Shown here one piece after another: positions 19,418 through 29,322 of a stretch of DNA of 64,000 nt. The translations under genes were made by a program, and so were the position numbers. The stretch covers positions 128,001 through 192,000 of the forward strand of contig CAVXLD010000012.1 of assembly GCA_963762565.1 (NCBI GenBank). The letters run 5' to 3'. The notes below the pieces were generated by a model, which searched no databases, was not told where the DNA came from, and was given only the letters and a program-made list of their open reading frames with translations. Position 1 is the stretch's first letter. Each line of letters starts with the position of its first letter. The stretch is from an uncultured Verrucomicrobiae bacterium. Its GTDB lineage: Bacteria > Verrucomicrobiota > Verrucomicrobiia > Chthoniobacterales > JAFAMB01.

Positions 19418-20491
19418 ATGCACACAGTATTGCAGTCTCCCGGCGAATCCCGATCGACGATCAATGATCGCCTTACCAAGGCGGATAAGATCCGCCTCTT
19501 ACGCGACATGTACCGGATCAGGCGTTTCGAACAGACCTCGCTCAAGTACTACAACCTCGGACGTATGGGCGGTTTCCTGCATCTTTACTCCGGTCAGGAA
19601 GCGGTTGCTGTCGGAACGATCTCACTCCTGGGTGAGAACGATCACGTCATCACGGCATATCGTGACCATGGTCATGCTTTGGCCGTTGGTATGTCCATGA
19701 ACGAATGCATGGCGGAACTCTTCGGCAAAGCAACCGGCTGCTCAAAGGGCAAGGGCGGTTCCATGCATTTCTTCGCCCCCGACAAACGCTACTGGGGCGG
19801 CCACGGCATCGTGGGCGGCCAAACTCCTCTCGGCGCAGGAATCGCCTACGCCCTAAAGTATAAGCACATTCCTGGCTGTTGCCTTTGCTACCTTGGCGAC
19901 GGGGCCATCAACCAAGGCGCCTTTCACGAAGCCCTCAACCTGGCCGCCTTGTTTCAACTGCCCGTCGTTTACATCATCGAGAACAACGGCTACTCGATGG
20001 GGACCAGCCAACAGCGCTCCTCCGCCTACAAGACCTCTTTGGCCGAGCGCGCCGAAGCATACAACATGGCTTGGGAAGTCTTCCTCGGTGAAGATATCTA
20101 TGAGGTCCGTAACCGTACGAATATCGCCGTTGAGCGGGCTCGTAAGACTCAGCAACCGACATTGCTCGAGATCCAGACTTACCGCTATTACGGTCACTCG
20201 GTCGCGGATGCGAACGCGAAGAAATATAGAAGCTCCGAGGAAATCGACGACTATAAAAATAACCACGATCCCCTCCAAATATTTGCCAAGACCTTGCTTC
20301 ACGAAGAAGTCCTGACCGAAAGCGACATCCAGGAGATCGACAAAGCCGCAAAAGAAGAGGCGAATGCAGCCGTCGCTTTTGCCGAGGAAAGCCCTCTGCC
20401 ACAGGAAAGCGACATCCTCACCGATGTGTACTGGGAAGTCGATAACCAGACCGACGCAGCCAAAAACGGCTCCTACTTCTTCAACACCTGA
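19418..20491 (+). CDS. pdhA: pyruvate dehydrogenase E1 alpha subunit
   Basis: GFLHLYSGQEA, GKGGSMH, GDGA..QG TPP motif and YRYYGHS. Confidence 0.95.
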   Translation: MHTVLQSPGESRSTINDRLTKADKIRLLRDMYRIRRFEQTSLKYYNLGRMGGFLHLYSGQEAVAVGTISLLGENDHVITAYRDHGHALAVGMSMNECMAELFGKATGCSKGKGGSMHFFAPDKRYWGGHGIVGGQTPLGAGIAYALKYKHIPGCCLCYLGDGAINQGAFHEALNLAALFQLPVVYIIENNGYSMGTSQQRSSAYKTSLAERAEAYNMAWEVFLGEDIYEVRNRTNIAVERARKTQQPTLLEIQTYRYYGHSVADANAKKYRSSEEIDDYKNNHDPLQIFAKTLLHEEVLTESDIQEIDKAAKEEANAAVAFAEESPLPQESDILTDVYWEVDNQTDAAKNGSYFFNT

Positions 20492-20498
20492 TCACTCC

Positions 20499-21473
20499 AT
20501 GCCACTGATTACTTATAGAGAAGCTCTCCGCGCCGCCCTCGACGAAGAGATTCTTCGCGATGAAAACGTTGTGGTGATCGGCGAAGAAGTCGCCCAATAC
20601 AACGGGGCGTATAAAGTCACCGAAGGCCTCTGGGCTGCGCATGGCGACCGGCGCCTCGTAGATACCCCAATCAGCGAAGCCGGCTTCGTGGGAATGGGTA
20701 TCGGCGCCTCCATGCTCGGGCTTCGGCCAGTCATCGAGCTCATGTTTTGGAGTTTCGCTTATGTCGCCTTTGACCAGATCCTAAACAATGCGGGCTGCGT
20801 GCGCTACATGTCCGGCGGTCTGGTAAACGTTCCCATCGTTATCCGTGGCCCGGCCAATGGTGGCACCAACGTCGGTGCTACCCACTCCCACACGCCTGAA
20901 AACCTTCTTGCGAACACCCCCGGTTTGAAGGTCGTAGCTCCGGCCACAGCGTACGATGCCAAAGGTCTTCTCAAAACTTCGATCAGGGACAATGACCCGG
21001 TGATGTTCATGGAGAACACCCTGCTGTACGGTGAAAAGTGGGAAGTGCCTGATAATGAGTATCTTATACCGCTGGGCCTTGGCGATATCAAACGTCCGGG
21101 CACCGATATTTCCCTGATCGCTCACGGCCGCGCAGTTCTTACCTGTCTCAAGGCGGCAGAACTCTTGGCGGCAGAACACGATATCGAGGCTGAGGTCGTT
21201 GATCTTCGTTCGATCCGGCCGCTCGATGAAGAAACCGTTCTCAATTCTGTTCGGAAGACACATCGCGCTGTGGTTGTTGAAGAGGGTAAACCGTTCTGCG
21301 GCATCGGCGCTCAACTGGCATCCATGATTCAAGAAAAGGCTTTTGATGATCTGGATGCTCCTATTGGCCGCGTGACCGCCATCGATGCACCGGCGATCTA
21401 CAGCCCTCCCCTTGAGAAGCGCCAGCTCCCGGATCCTCAGCGCGTCATCGAAAAAGTACTTAGTCTCTCCTAA
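20499..21473 (+). CDS. pdhB: pyruvate dehydrogenase E1 beta subunit
   Basis: ITYREAL, GEEVAQYNGAYKVT, DTPISE and EVVDLRSIRPLD; start at ATG 20499. Confidence 0.95.
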   Translation: MPLITYREALRAALDEEILRDENVVVIGEEVAQYNGAYKVTEGLWAAHGDRRLVDTPISEAGFVGMGIGASMLGLRPVIELMFWSFAYVAFDQILNNAGCVRYMSGGLVNVPIVIRGPANGGTNVGATHSHTPENLLANTPGLKVVAPATAYDAKGLLKTSIRDNDPVMFMENTLLYGEKWEVPDNEYLIPLGLGDIKRPGTDISLIAHGRAVLTCLKAAELLAAEHDIEAEVVDLRSIRPLDEETVLNSVRKTHRAVVVEEGKPFCGIGAQLASMIQEKAFDDLDAPIGRVTAIDAPAIYSPPLEKRQLPDPQRVIEKVLSLS

Positions 21474-21485
21474 CCATTCCTCGCC

Positions 21486-22772
21486 ATGCCTATTACTATC
21501 GAAATGCCCAAACTCAGTGACACGATGACGGAGGGCACCCTGCTTCGCTGGGTAAAGAAAGTCGGCGATACCGTCGCGGTCGGCGACGTCTTGGCAGAAG
21601 TCGAAACCGACAAGGCAACGATGGAGATGGAAGCGTTTGACGACGGCACGCTATCCGAGGTTTACGTCAATGAGGGCCAGACCGTCCAAGTTGGCCAGAA
21701 GCTAGCCATTTTGCTTGGCGCCGGCGAATCCAAACCGGCCGGATCTAAGTCCAGCGCTCCCGTTGCCCAGCAACCCGACGCTCAGAAGAAAGCCGATTCG
21801 CAAAAGAAACCTTCTCAGGCCAAACAACCCGAACCAGCTCCTTTACCTCAAACCGTACAGCCGGCTGATACCGAATCCGGAGTCCGGGTTAAGGCATCTC
21901 CATTAGCTCGCAAAGTTGCAGCCGAGCTGGGAGTTGAGCTCGAGACGTTACCTGGTTCCGGCCCGGGAGGACGCATTGTTCGTGACGACGTGGTTTCTGC
22001 CCACCAAAAAGGTGCTCAAGTAACCGACCAGCCCCCCAAACCAGTCGCGCCTGCCGTATCGACACCGGCCCTATCGCAGCAGGATGTCCAGATCCCATTA
22101 GGTGGCATGCGCCGAACCATTGCCGCCCGGTTGTTGGAGGCTAAGACGACGATCCCGCATTTCTACCTACAAGCGGAGGTCGATGCCGAACCCCTGGTCC
22201 AACTGCGCCAACAACTAAACGCCGCGAACGAGGCAGCCGGGCTCCCAAAGTTCACGGTCAACGATTTTATCCTCAAAGCAACCGCGGTGGCCGCTACTCA
22301 CGTACCCAAAGCCAATGCTTCGTTTTCCGGTGACTCCATTGTTCAGTACGGCTCGGTTCACCTCGCGTGCGCCGTTGCTATTGATGACGGCCTGGTGACC
22401 CCAGTGATTCGCGATGCTGGCTCGAAGACCCTCAGCCAGATCAGTGCCGAGATTAAAGACCTCGCCGCCAAAGCACGTTCAAAAAAGCTTAAGCCCGAAC
22501 AATACCAGGGAGGAACCTTGACGGTTTCTAACCTCGGCAGCTACGGGGTCGATCTATTCTTTGCTATCATCAACCCGCCGCAATCTCTCATCGTTTCCGT
22601 CGGCGCCATCTTGAAGAAGCCCGTCATAAACGCTGCCGGGGCCATCGTTCCCGGGCAGCGCCTTGTTTTAGCCCTCAGTTGCGACCATCGGGTCGTTGAC
22701 GGCGCCATCGGAGCACACTTCCTGGCTGAGCTAAAGCGGCTGATCGAAACGCCAGCTCTCATGCTGGTTTAG
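21486..22772 (+). CDS. pdhC: pyruvate dehydrogenase E2, dihydrolipoamide acetyltransferase
   Basis: Lipoyl domain ETDKATME, ASPLARK subunit-binding domain, catalytic DHRVVDG. Confidence 0.95.
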   Translation: MPITIEMPKLSDTMTEGTLLRWVKKVGDTVAVGDVLAEVETDKATMEMEAFDDGTLSEVYVNEGQTVQVGQKLAILLGAGESKPAGSKSSAPVAQQPDAQKKADSQKKPSQAKQPEPAPLPQTVQPADTESGVRVKASPLARKVAAELGVELETLPGSGPGGRIVRDDVVSAHQKGAQVTDQPPKPVAPAVSTPALSQQDVQIPLGGMRRTIAARLLEAKTTIPHFYLQAEVDAEPLVQLRQQLNAANEAAGLPKFTVNDFILKATAVAATHVPKANASFSGDSIVQYGSVHLACAVAIDDGLVTPVIRDAGSKTLSQISAEIKDLAAKARSKKLKPEQYQGGTLTVSNLGSYGVDLFFAIINPPQSLIVSVGAILKKPVINAAGAIVPGQRLVLALSCDHRVVDGAIGAHFLAELKRLIETPALMLV

Positions 22773-22789
22773 GATGTCTGTTTTCGTCT

Positions 22790-24166
22790 ATGAAATATGA
22801 TCTAATTGTCGTCGGGGGCGGACCCGCCGGTTATGTCGGTGCTATTCGAGCTGCCCAACTTGGCAAGCGCGTAGCCTGCGTCGAGAAAGAGCGCGCCGGC
22901 GGCACTTGTTTGAACTGGGGTTGTATACCCACCAAATCTCTGCTCCGAAACGCTGAGCTTTATCACCTTTTGCGCCATCGCGCTTCTGACCTTGGCTTTC
23001 GCTTCGATAACTTAGCCTATGATTGGACTAAGATCGTCGCCCGTAGCCGCGCCGTTTCCGACAAGCTAGCCAGCGGAGTCGAATTCCTGTTCCGAAAACA
23101 TAAGATCGACAATATCAAGGCGACAGCATCGATTCCCGAAGCTGGACGGGTCGCTTGCAAAGCCGCCGACGGCAAAGAACAGATCCTGGAAGCCGACTCC
23201 ATCTTAGTCGCTACTGGAGCCACCTCGCGGCCTATGCCGGGTCTGCCAGTCAACGGTAAGACCGTACTCGATAGTCACTACGCCATGATTGTCGATCCAC
23301 AGCCAAAGCGACTCATCATCATCGGCGCCGGCGCAATTGGGGTTGAATTTGCCTATTTCTTCAACGCATTCGGTACAGAGGTAACCCTTGTCGAGATGTT
23401 ACCAAATGTCTTACCGGTCGAAGATACCGAGATCAGCGTTGCCCTTGAAAGAGCGCTGACTAAACAAGAGATTAAAATCCTGACGAACTCAAAGGTAACA
23501 GAAACTGCGACCACAAAAGACGGCGTACGAGTCACGGTCGAATCCAAACAGAAGCAAACTTTTGAAGCGGATTGCGCCCTTGTGGCAATTGGCGTTTCAC
23601 CGCTACTCCCTTCTGGCGTCTCTCTAAAACTCGATCCAAAAGGTTTTATTCAGATAGATAACCGTTACCAAACCAACGTACCAGGGGTATACGCGGCCGG
23701 CGATATCATAGGACCACCGTGGCTGGCCCATGTCGCTATGTGGGAGGCTATTCAAGCTGTAAACGGCATCTTTTCAGCAGCAACCCCAAAACGGCTAAAG
23801 ACTTTCCCAGGTTGTACTTATTGCCAGCCTCAGGTCGCCAGCGTCGGGCTCACCGAGCGCGCAGCCAAAGACAAGGGGATCAAATTCAAGGTCGGTAAGT
23901 TCCCGTTTCTAGCCAACGGCAAGGCTCTGGCTGCTGCCGAGCCCGACGGCTTCGTTAAGCTGTTATTTGGAGAACCGCACGGCGAGATCATTGGCGCGCA
24001 TATCATCGGAGCCGAAGCTACTGAGCTGATTGCTGAGCTCGGCCTCGCGATTAATCTCGAAGCGACGCACGAAGAATTGGAAGAGACCATTCATGCTCAT
24101 CCGACCCTAAGCGAAGCCGTGCATGAGGCCGTCGGAAACGCCTTCGGCCACGCCATCCATATTTGA
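22790..24166 (+). CDS. lpdA: dihydrolipoyl dehydrogenase (E3)
   Basis: GGGPAGY, GGTCLNWGCIPTK and HAHPTLSE. Confidence 0.96.
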   Translation: MKYDLIVVGGGPAGYVGAIRAAQLGKRVACVEKERAGGTCLNWGCIPTKSLLRNAELYHLLRHRASDLGFRFDNLAYDWTKIVARSRAVSDKLASGVEFLFRKHKIDNIKATASIPEAGRVACKAADGKEQILEADSILVATGATSRPMPGLPVNGKTVLDSHYAMIVDPQPKRLIIIGAGAIGVEFAYFFNAFGTEVTLVEMLPNVLPVEDTEISVALERALTKQEIKILTNSKVTETATTKDGVRVTVESKQKQTFEADCALVAIGVSPLLPSGVSLKLDPKGFIQIDNRYQTNVPGVYAAGDIIGPPWLAHVAMWEAIQAVNGIFSAATPKRLKTFPGCTYCQPQVASVGLTERAAKDKGIKFKVGKFPFLANGKALAAAEPDGFVKLLFGEPHGEIIGAHIIGAEATELIAELGLAINLEATHEELEETIHAHPTLSEAVHEAVGNAFGHAIHI

Positions 24167-24177
24167 GGCAGCCAATT

Positions 24178-24457
24178 GGTGGGGCGAGGCTCCAGAGTTA
24201 CTGTGGCGACGTTACAAGGACTGCAACGTCGAAACCACCGCTTTGTGTGCCAGGCCAGGACGCTGCCGAGCCGTGTCCACTGTGTGCCACTACAGACGGT
24301 GAGGAATTCCATTACCACCTCCGGACCGCATTTAGCGTTGGAAATTGGATCACCGTAGACCGGCGGCTCGGCAGCCATTCGACCTTGCGAATCGAAGGCC
24401 TCCACCGCCCGATAACCCTGCGCACCTTTCCAGTACCTACGGGAGCCTCGCCCCATC
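24178..24457. repeat. family B REPIN-like element with ~70-nt inserts in both arms
   Basis: GGTGGGGCGAGGCTCC[70]TGCCGAGCC ... GGCTCGGCA[68]GGAGCCTCGCCCCATC. Confidence 0.8.
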
Positions 24458-24460
24458 AAT

Positions 24461-24731
24461 AAACGGCCTGCTCTGCTCTACCCGCCCCACTTACTCACAA
24501 CGTTAATCTGAAGTTCTTAATTTCTATCAACCAAACTTAATAATATTCTACTGGTTAATAACTAGCCATACGCGTCCTAATTCACTGTCATCCAAGGTGT
24601 TACCACTCAGATTACTTGCTAATAACTTCAGACGCTGTCGTTCACTGCCTCCAGTAACTTCGTGATGGGGCAAGTTCCCCGACTTATTCACAATGTGTCC
24701 GCCATTCTCCACGGAATCATTAACACTGGTT
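24461..24731. other. candidate replication origin (AT-rich region with DnaA-box-like 9-mers)
   Basis: Between convergent genes; TTATTCACA at 24684, TTACTCACA at 24491, TTCTCCACG at 24705; AT-rich tract about 24505-24565; parS and mnmG 6-7 kb away. Confidence 0.35.
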
Positions 24732-25343
24732 TTAGTCTATCAGCTGGAAGTCCGGGGGAGCCGTGAAAAGTGAAGAGTCTTGCGGTCCAAGATCGAGATT
24801 CTCCCACTCAGTCGTGGCGTCGGCCGTTTGCGACAGCACCGGCAGATGAGTAAATTGACTGATCCAAATGAAGCCTGTAGAGGTGCTCTCAGCCTCTTGG
24901 CTTCCTTTAGTTTTTGCTGGAGCTGACGAAAAGCGATACTTGTCGCAGACCTGCCCTTTAACTGTTTCGGTACCAACTTTGTCCGGAGAGATTAGCATCC
25001 CCTTCGCCAACTCGTAGGCATCAAGAGATTTCAGCAAGTTAGGATCGAGTGGGCGTACCCGGTAAGCCTTGCGAGAGACGATGATGGTGTACATCAGGTT
25101 TAAATCCCCACGGAGAATGAGCACTAACCGACCATTAGCGGTATCCTGCTCGGTTCGACGTCTATCCCCGTCGACGTACATGCGCATGGTGAACGTCTTT
25201 CCCTCTTTCTGAGTGGTGACCACATCAACGCTGTATCGGGTTGGCGTTCCCGCAAACGGGTTGTCCGTTGCCTGAGCCCTTGCAACAAAGTCAGTTCCAA
25301 AAGACAGGATAGCGAACACACTTACTAACGATAAAAATCTCAT
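24732..25343 (-). CDS. secreted hypothetical protein (DUF4412-like)
   Basis: Signal peptide; KVGTETVKGQVCDKY, FIWIS and LFTAPPDF pattern. Confidence 0.7.
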   Translation of the reverse strand: MRFLSLVSVFAILSFGTDFVARAQATDNPFAGTPTRYSVDVVTTQKEGKTFTMRMYVDGDRRRTEQDTANGRLVLILRGDLNLMYTIIVSRKAYRVRPLDPNLLKSLDAYELAKGMLISPDKVGTETVKGQVCDKYRFSSAPAKTKGSQEAESTSTGFIWISQFTHLPVLSQTADATTEWENLDLGPQDSSLFTAPPDFQLID

Positions 25344-25412
25344 TGGGAGGGCTTCTCTGAGGCGTATCTAGCTGAACGAGGAATAAATTGCGACCGCTAA
25401 CGTTGGCAAGCT

Positions 25413-26096
25413 TCAAGCAGGCGCACGTGGTCCAGTCAAACTTGCTTTCTCTGCGACCACTCCATACGAAAGATCTGAGAAACGTGCGGTGCAGACCTTA
25501 AAACCGAGACGTTCCAGGTCGTCGACTGCGATATCGAGTGACCAAAAGAACTCTTCCGTGATGCCTTGGGCTGTGGCTGGGTCTCCCTTTGTCAAATACT
25601 CCTGAATCTTATTCTCCTTCTCGGAACTCGTCTGCATCATTAGATCGCCGAAAACAGCTCGTCCACCCGGCAACAGACGATGGAACACCAGCTCAAACAA
25701 CCGCCGCTTCTCCTGATCAGTCAAATGATGAACCACGTAGGTGCTGATTACCGCGTCGAATTGGCCCAGCCCTTGGGTGAATACTTCAAGGATATCTGCC
25801 TTGATAAACTGTCGATGAGTAATATGGCCTAACTTGAGTCTGGCGATCGCCTCCATTTTCTCGGAAACGTCAACCGAAACGAGCTGGCCACAACTTGGTA
25901 TCAACTGAGAGAGATTACCGGTACCGGAACCCAGTTCCAGCACGCGAGAAGTCGGCGTAATCTGTGCCTGCTGAACTACCCAGCTGAGGACTTCTCGATA
26001 CCCCGCCCTGATGGGATCGGATTCATTCAGGACGTCCTGGTCATAGTCCGCAGCCTCGCTGTCATGATTAAAAATATCGGCATTCGCACTTCGCAT
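25413..26096 (-). CDS. class I SAM-dependent methyltransferase
   Basis: VLELGSGTG motif I, VDVSEKM, FDAVISTYVVHH and LLPGG. Confidence 0.9.
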   Translation of the reverse strand: MRSANADIFNHDSEAADYDQDVLNESDPIRAGYREVLSWVVQQAQITPTSRVLELGSGTGNLSQLIPSCGQLVSVDVSEKMEAIARLKLGHITHRQFIKADILEVFTQGLGQFDAVISTYVVHHLTDQEKRRLFELVFHRLLPGGRAVFGDLMMQTSSEKENKIQEYLTKGDPATAQGITEEFFWSLDIAVDDLERLGFKVCTARFSDLSYGVVAEKASLTGPRAPA

Positions 26097-26134
26097 TTTA
26101 GTTACGAGTTACGGGTGGCTAGTTGCCAGGCCCT

Positions 26135-26346
26135 GGTGGGGCGAGGCTCCCGAATAATTCCAGCCATTCGCGCGCAGCGATTTGTAATGCTCCGCCATAT
26201 CGTATTGTTGGGTCTTAAGTCGTGCCGAGCCGTCGTCTATCGTGGGCCACGGCTCGGCGCGTCGATCGGCCTTGCTCATTCATCTCTTAGCATGCCACCC
26301 TGTGCCATTGGTTAATCGCTGGGTTTTCAGGAGCCTCGCCCCACCA
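26135..26346. repeat. family B REPIN-like element with ~70-nt inserts in both arms
   Basis: GGTGGGGCGAGGCTCC[72]TGCCGAGCC..GGCTCGGC[70]AGGAGCCTCGCCCCACC. Confidence 0.8.
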
Positions 26347-26383
26347 ATATACGGCAACCCGTAACCCGCAACTCATAACCCTC

Positions 26384-27643
26384 CTACAGATCGACCGTAG
26401 AGCCAAAACTTGGGTCGAAAAGTCGCTTGTAGGTTCGAGTCGCGAATAGGTCTGTCATCCCGGCAACGTAGTCGCAAAGCACTCTAGCGCGTCCCAGCTT
26501 ATCGGGCGCGTTTCGCACAAGATGATCGTATGACTCGGGTAGCAACCGCAGGCTCGGGCTCTTCGCTTCAAGATAGGCTTCTGCGAACGCTCCGAAAATT
26601 GCATCTAGGATCATGCGAGCCTTGCGTTCGAGCTGGTGAAGCTGTGAATGGCGAAAGACCAGGTCCCGGCAAAGGCGTTTATAGATGCCGACCTCAGCCC
26701 GAACCTCCGGCTCAACTACCAAACTGAAACGGTAGCGTTGGCTAACATCACAAAGGGCACCCGTTCTTGACACCAATGATGTTGCCCGGATAAATGCCCC
26801 TATCTTCCGGCTGAACCGCGCTTCCACCTTACGCTCTTTGATTGCGGAAAGGACGGTTTCGATAGGTTTTTCCTCATCAGGTTTCAAACTCTGGTTTGCC
26901 GCCCAATCCTCGACTCGTTCGAACCTCAGAAACCCGGCGTTGATACTATCGACGATGTCGCTTAACCCGTAAGCCGTATCGTCCGCCCAGTCCATAATCT
27001 GACATTCCAAAGAACGAAGCGTCGTATAGTCCAGCCCGGCGTCTGAGATGGCCGCCCCTACAGTAAATTGACGCAAGGACTCTTGGTCGTCGTAAAGGAA
27101 ATGATTATCGGCGGTCGGATCATCCCGAAAAAGTCGCTTATATTTTTGGACGCCATCGATTAAAGCCCGAGTCGGATTCATGCCGCGTCGATCCCTGGTT
27201 CCCGAATAGATGGTCTTAGCGATTAAGCGCAGACTCTGCGCATTGCCTTCGAAACCGCCAAAATCGCGCATCAAATGATGTAAAGCGCGTTCACCGGCAT
27301 GACCAAAAGGCGAGTGTCCGAGATCGTGGGCCAGACAGACCGCTTCCACCAGGTCGGGATCGATACAAAAATCTGCACTCAGAGATGCGGCGGTTTGATT
27401 CAGGAAGAAACAAATTGATCTGCCTATTTGTGCCACCTCTAGTGAGTGGGTCAGTCTGGTCCGGTAAAAATCGAATTCGCCGCTAACGAAGACTTGGGTC
27501 TTCGATTGGAGCCGGCGAAATGCCGAGCTGTAAATAATCCGATCCCGATCGATCTGGAACGGAGACCGGTACGGATCCTCCTCACGTGGTTCCAGCGATT
27601 CGTAGTCGAATTCGTTGTAGAACTGATTTCGCGGGCTCCGCAT
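26384..27643 (-). CDS. dgt: deoxyguanosinetriphosphate triphosphohydrolase (HD family dNTPase)
   Basis: RDRIIYSSAFRRLQSKTQV, RTRLTHSLEV, HDLGHSPFGHAGE, FEGNAQ and DYVAGMTD. Confidence 0.92.
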   Translation of the reverse strand: MRSPRNQFYNEFDYESLEPREEDPYRSPFQIDRDRIIYSSAFRRLQSKTQVFVSGEFDFYRTRLTHSLEVAQIGRSICFFLNQTAASLSADFCIDPDLVEAVCLAHDLGHSPFGHAGERALHHLMRDFGGFEGNAQSLRLIAKTIYSGTRDRRGMNPTRALIDGVQKYKRLFRDDPTADNHFLYDDQESLRQFTVGAAISDAGLDYTTLRSLECQIMDWADDTAYGLSDIVDSINAGFLRFERVEDWAANQSLKPDEEKPIETVLSAIKERKVEARFSRKIGAFIRATSLVSRTGALCDVSQRYRFSLVVEPEVRAEVGIYKRLCRDLVFRHSQLHQLERKARMILDAIFGAFAEAYLEAKSPSLRLLPESYDHLVRNAPDKLGRARVLCDYVAGMTDLFATRTYKRLFDPSFGSTVDL

Positions 27644-27721
27644 GACCAGAGCTAGTGTGCCTGATTGAGCCAGGCGGCGTCAACCGGTAGAGGAGATGGG
27701 GGACCTGATCTTACAAATTCG

Positions 27722-27902
27722 GGGAGGGCGCATGTCGCCGCGCGCTGCGAGGCTGGGGCACGACCAGGGGCGTATTTTCGCGCGCGATTAGAACACGTAC
27801 CCGCCTTCGGTAACCACGGATCGCGGGGATCCGACGTCGCCGAAGCCGGGAGAAAAGGAACCAGGAAGAGAACGCTATGTCGGACAGGCAGCGATCCCTC
27901 CC
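27722..27902 (-). repeat. family A element (reverse) carrying a nested family D element at 27830-27890
   Basis: GGATCGCGGGGA[TCCGACGTCGCC-N32-GCTATGTCGGACAGGCA]GCGATCCCTCCC. Confidence 0.8.
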
Positions 27903-27915
27903 GGGCCTCCGCTCA

Positions 27916-29322
27916 CTACGTTCCTGGTGTCGCCGAAGGACTGGGTGAAGCCGAGGGAACCGCTTCAGGACTCGCTTTCGTCTCAGGTGTCGCCGAGCTC
28001 TCCGGACTCGTCTTCGTCTCGGGCGTCGCTGAGCTCTCCGGACTCGCTTTCACCTCAGGTGTCGCCGAGCTCTCCGGATTTGGAGACGGAACTACTGAAG
28101 GCGGTGCAGCCGCTGGAGTTGGGGTTGCAGCGAACGGATGCTGAACCACCGGTTTTGGAAAAACACCAGTATTAGCAGCGGGTCTCGCTGCCGGATTGGG
28201 TGAAGCCGTCGTCAACAAATCCTTACGCGGCTTCAAGAACGTCTCCACACTGGAGTTATCCACTTCGAAGATCCAGTTTTGCAGTTTCTGTTCTGCTGCT
28301 AGCCGAGTCTTAAGTGCTTCCTGATTTTTATTAAATTCGTCGTCCTTCTTTTTCTTGTCATCGGGAGACTCGTTGGGCTCAGCAGTGCGCTTCGAAGGCA
28401 GATCCGCCGAAACTTTAAACCGGAAGAAATGGCTTTGGTCCGGACCTGTGCCACCGAGCTCCAGCGCGTACTTGAAGCCATCAAAAGTCGAAAGGTTAAC
28501 AGTGACAGGCTTGTTAAGACCGGTCTCGGAGTCGGGCGTGTTTGCCGGTTTAACATCTTGGAAGTTAGGCGAGAAACTCCCGAGTGCCGCTAACGCCTGA
28601 GGGTTGAGTGTTTCACCAGGCTTTGGATCTACTAGGCCCCAGGGGGCCTTCGCGTCCTTTTTGCCAATCTCCCAGCCATCCCCGTCAGACGACGAACCAC
28701 GGGCGATGTCTTTGACGTCGTCCGCCTTAATGAAATCCTTGTCCAACCAGTTCTGCGGCGAGGCGTCTACGGTATAAAAGTCGTCGTTAGTGAGATAAAC
28801 CTTATCCTTCTGCGAAGGATCATAGACGAAGCGGCCGTTTCCACCGGAGTTCTCTTGGTCGTCATCCCCGCTGCTTTCACCGCCTCCGAAAAGCTTACCA
28901 AAGATCAAGGTTTTAATGGACTTACCACTGCCATCGATCAGGTCGAGCTCAATACCCGAATGGTCGCCTTGCCCTGGAGCTATAATATTCAGCCGGCCGA
29001 ACTGAGACGGGCCAATGTCTGACTGGCGAACCACTTTGAATTGCCAAAGCGCCGTCATTACTTCGCGGATTTTGCCAAAGTCTGCCGGAAACCCGTTCCG
29101 TTCCGCCACCGTCCAGGCATCGTTCGCCTTTTGCACCGTCGTTGTTTGCTTGGAAGATTTTACGACCAGCTTTTCAACCGAATTAACCGGCAAGTTCGCG
29201 AATGGCTCTAAATCAGTGGCCTGGCCCTTCCATCCCGAAGACCGGACAAGTTGAAAGATAGTTCCGGCAATGGCGAGGACCAGTGCCGCGCCCAGCAATA
29301 AGTAGAGTTGTTGTCGTTTCAT
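27916..29322 (-). CDS. DUF4340-domain protein with a Pro/Ser/Thr-rich repeat tail
   Basis: N-terminal TM, W.VAER.GFPAD motif, last gene of the GldA/F/G-type operon; start at MKRQQL. Confidence 0.75.
   Translation of the reverse strand: MKRQQLYLLLGAALVLAIAGTIFQLVRSSGWKGQATDLEPFANLPVNSVEKLVVKSSKQTTTVQKANDAWTVAERNGFPADFGKIREVMTALWQFKVVRQSDIGPSQFGRLNIIAPGQGDHSGIELDLIDGSGKSIKTLIFGKLFGGGESSGDDDQENSGGNGRFVYDPSQKDKVYLTNDDFYTVDASPQNWLDKDFIKADDVKDIARGSSSDGDGWEIGKKDAKAPWGLVDPKPGETLNPQALAALGSFSPNFQDVKPANTPDSETGLNKPVTVNLSTFDGFKYALELGGTGPDQSHFFRFKVSADLPSKRTAEPNESPDDKKKKDDEFNKNQEALKTRLAAEQKLQNWIFEVDNSSVETFLKPRKDLLTTASPNPAARPAANTGVFPKPVVQHPFAATPTPAAAPPSVVPSPNPESSATPEVKASPESSATPETKTSPESSATPETKASPEAVPSASPSPSATPGT
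27965..28078 (-). repeat. 36-bp coding tandem repeat (SPESSATPE[TV]K[AT], three copies)
   Basis: Period-36 repeat visible in both DNA and protein. Confidence 0.85.

Noticed and set aside
19123..19467. 114-aa hydrophobic ORF upstream of pdhA
   Set aside because: TTG start, arises from a pyrimidine-rich tract and overlaps the pdhA start; more likely leader or promoter DNA.
26384..27643. Anti-phage dGTPase system
   Set aside because: Context is housekeeping, with no defence-island neighbours.
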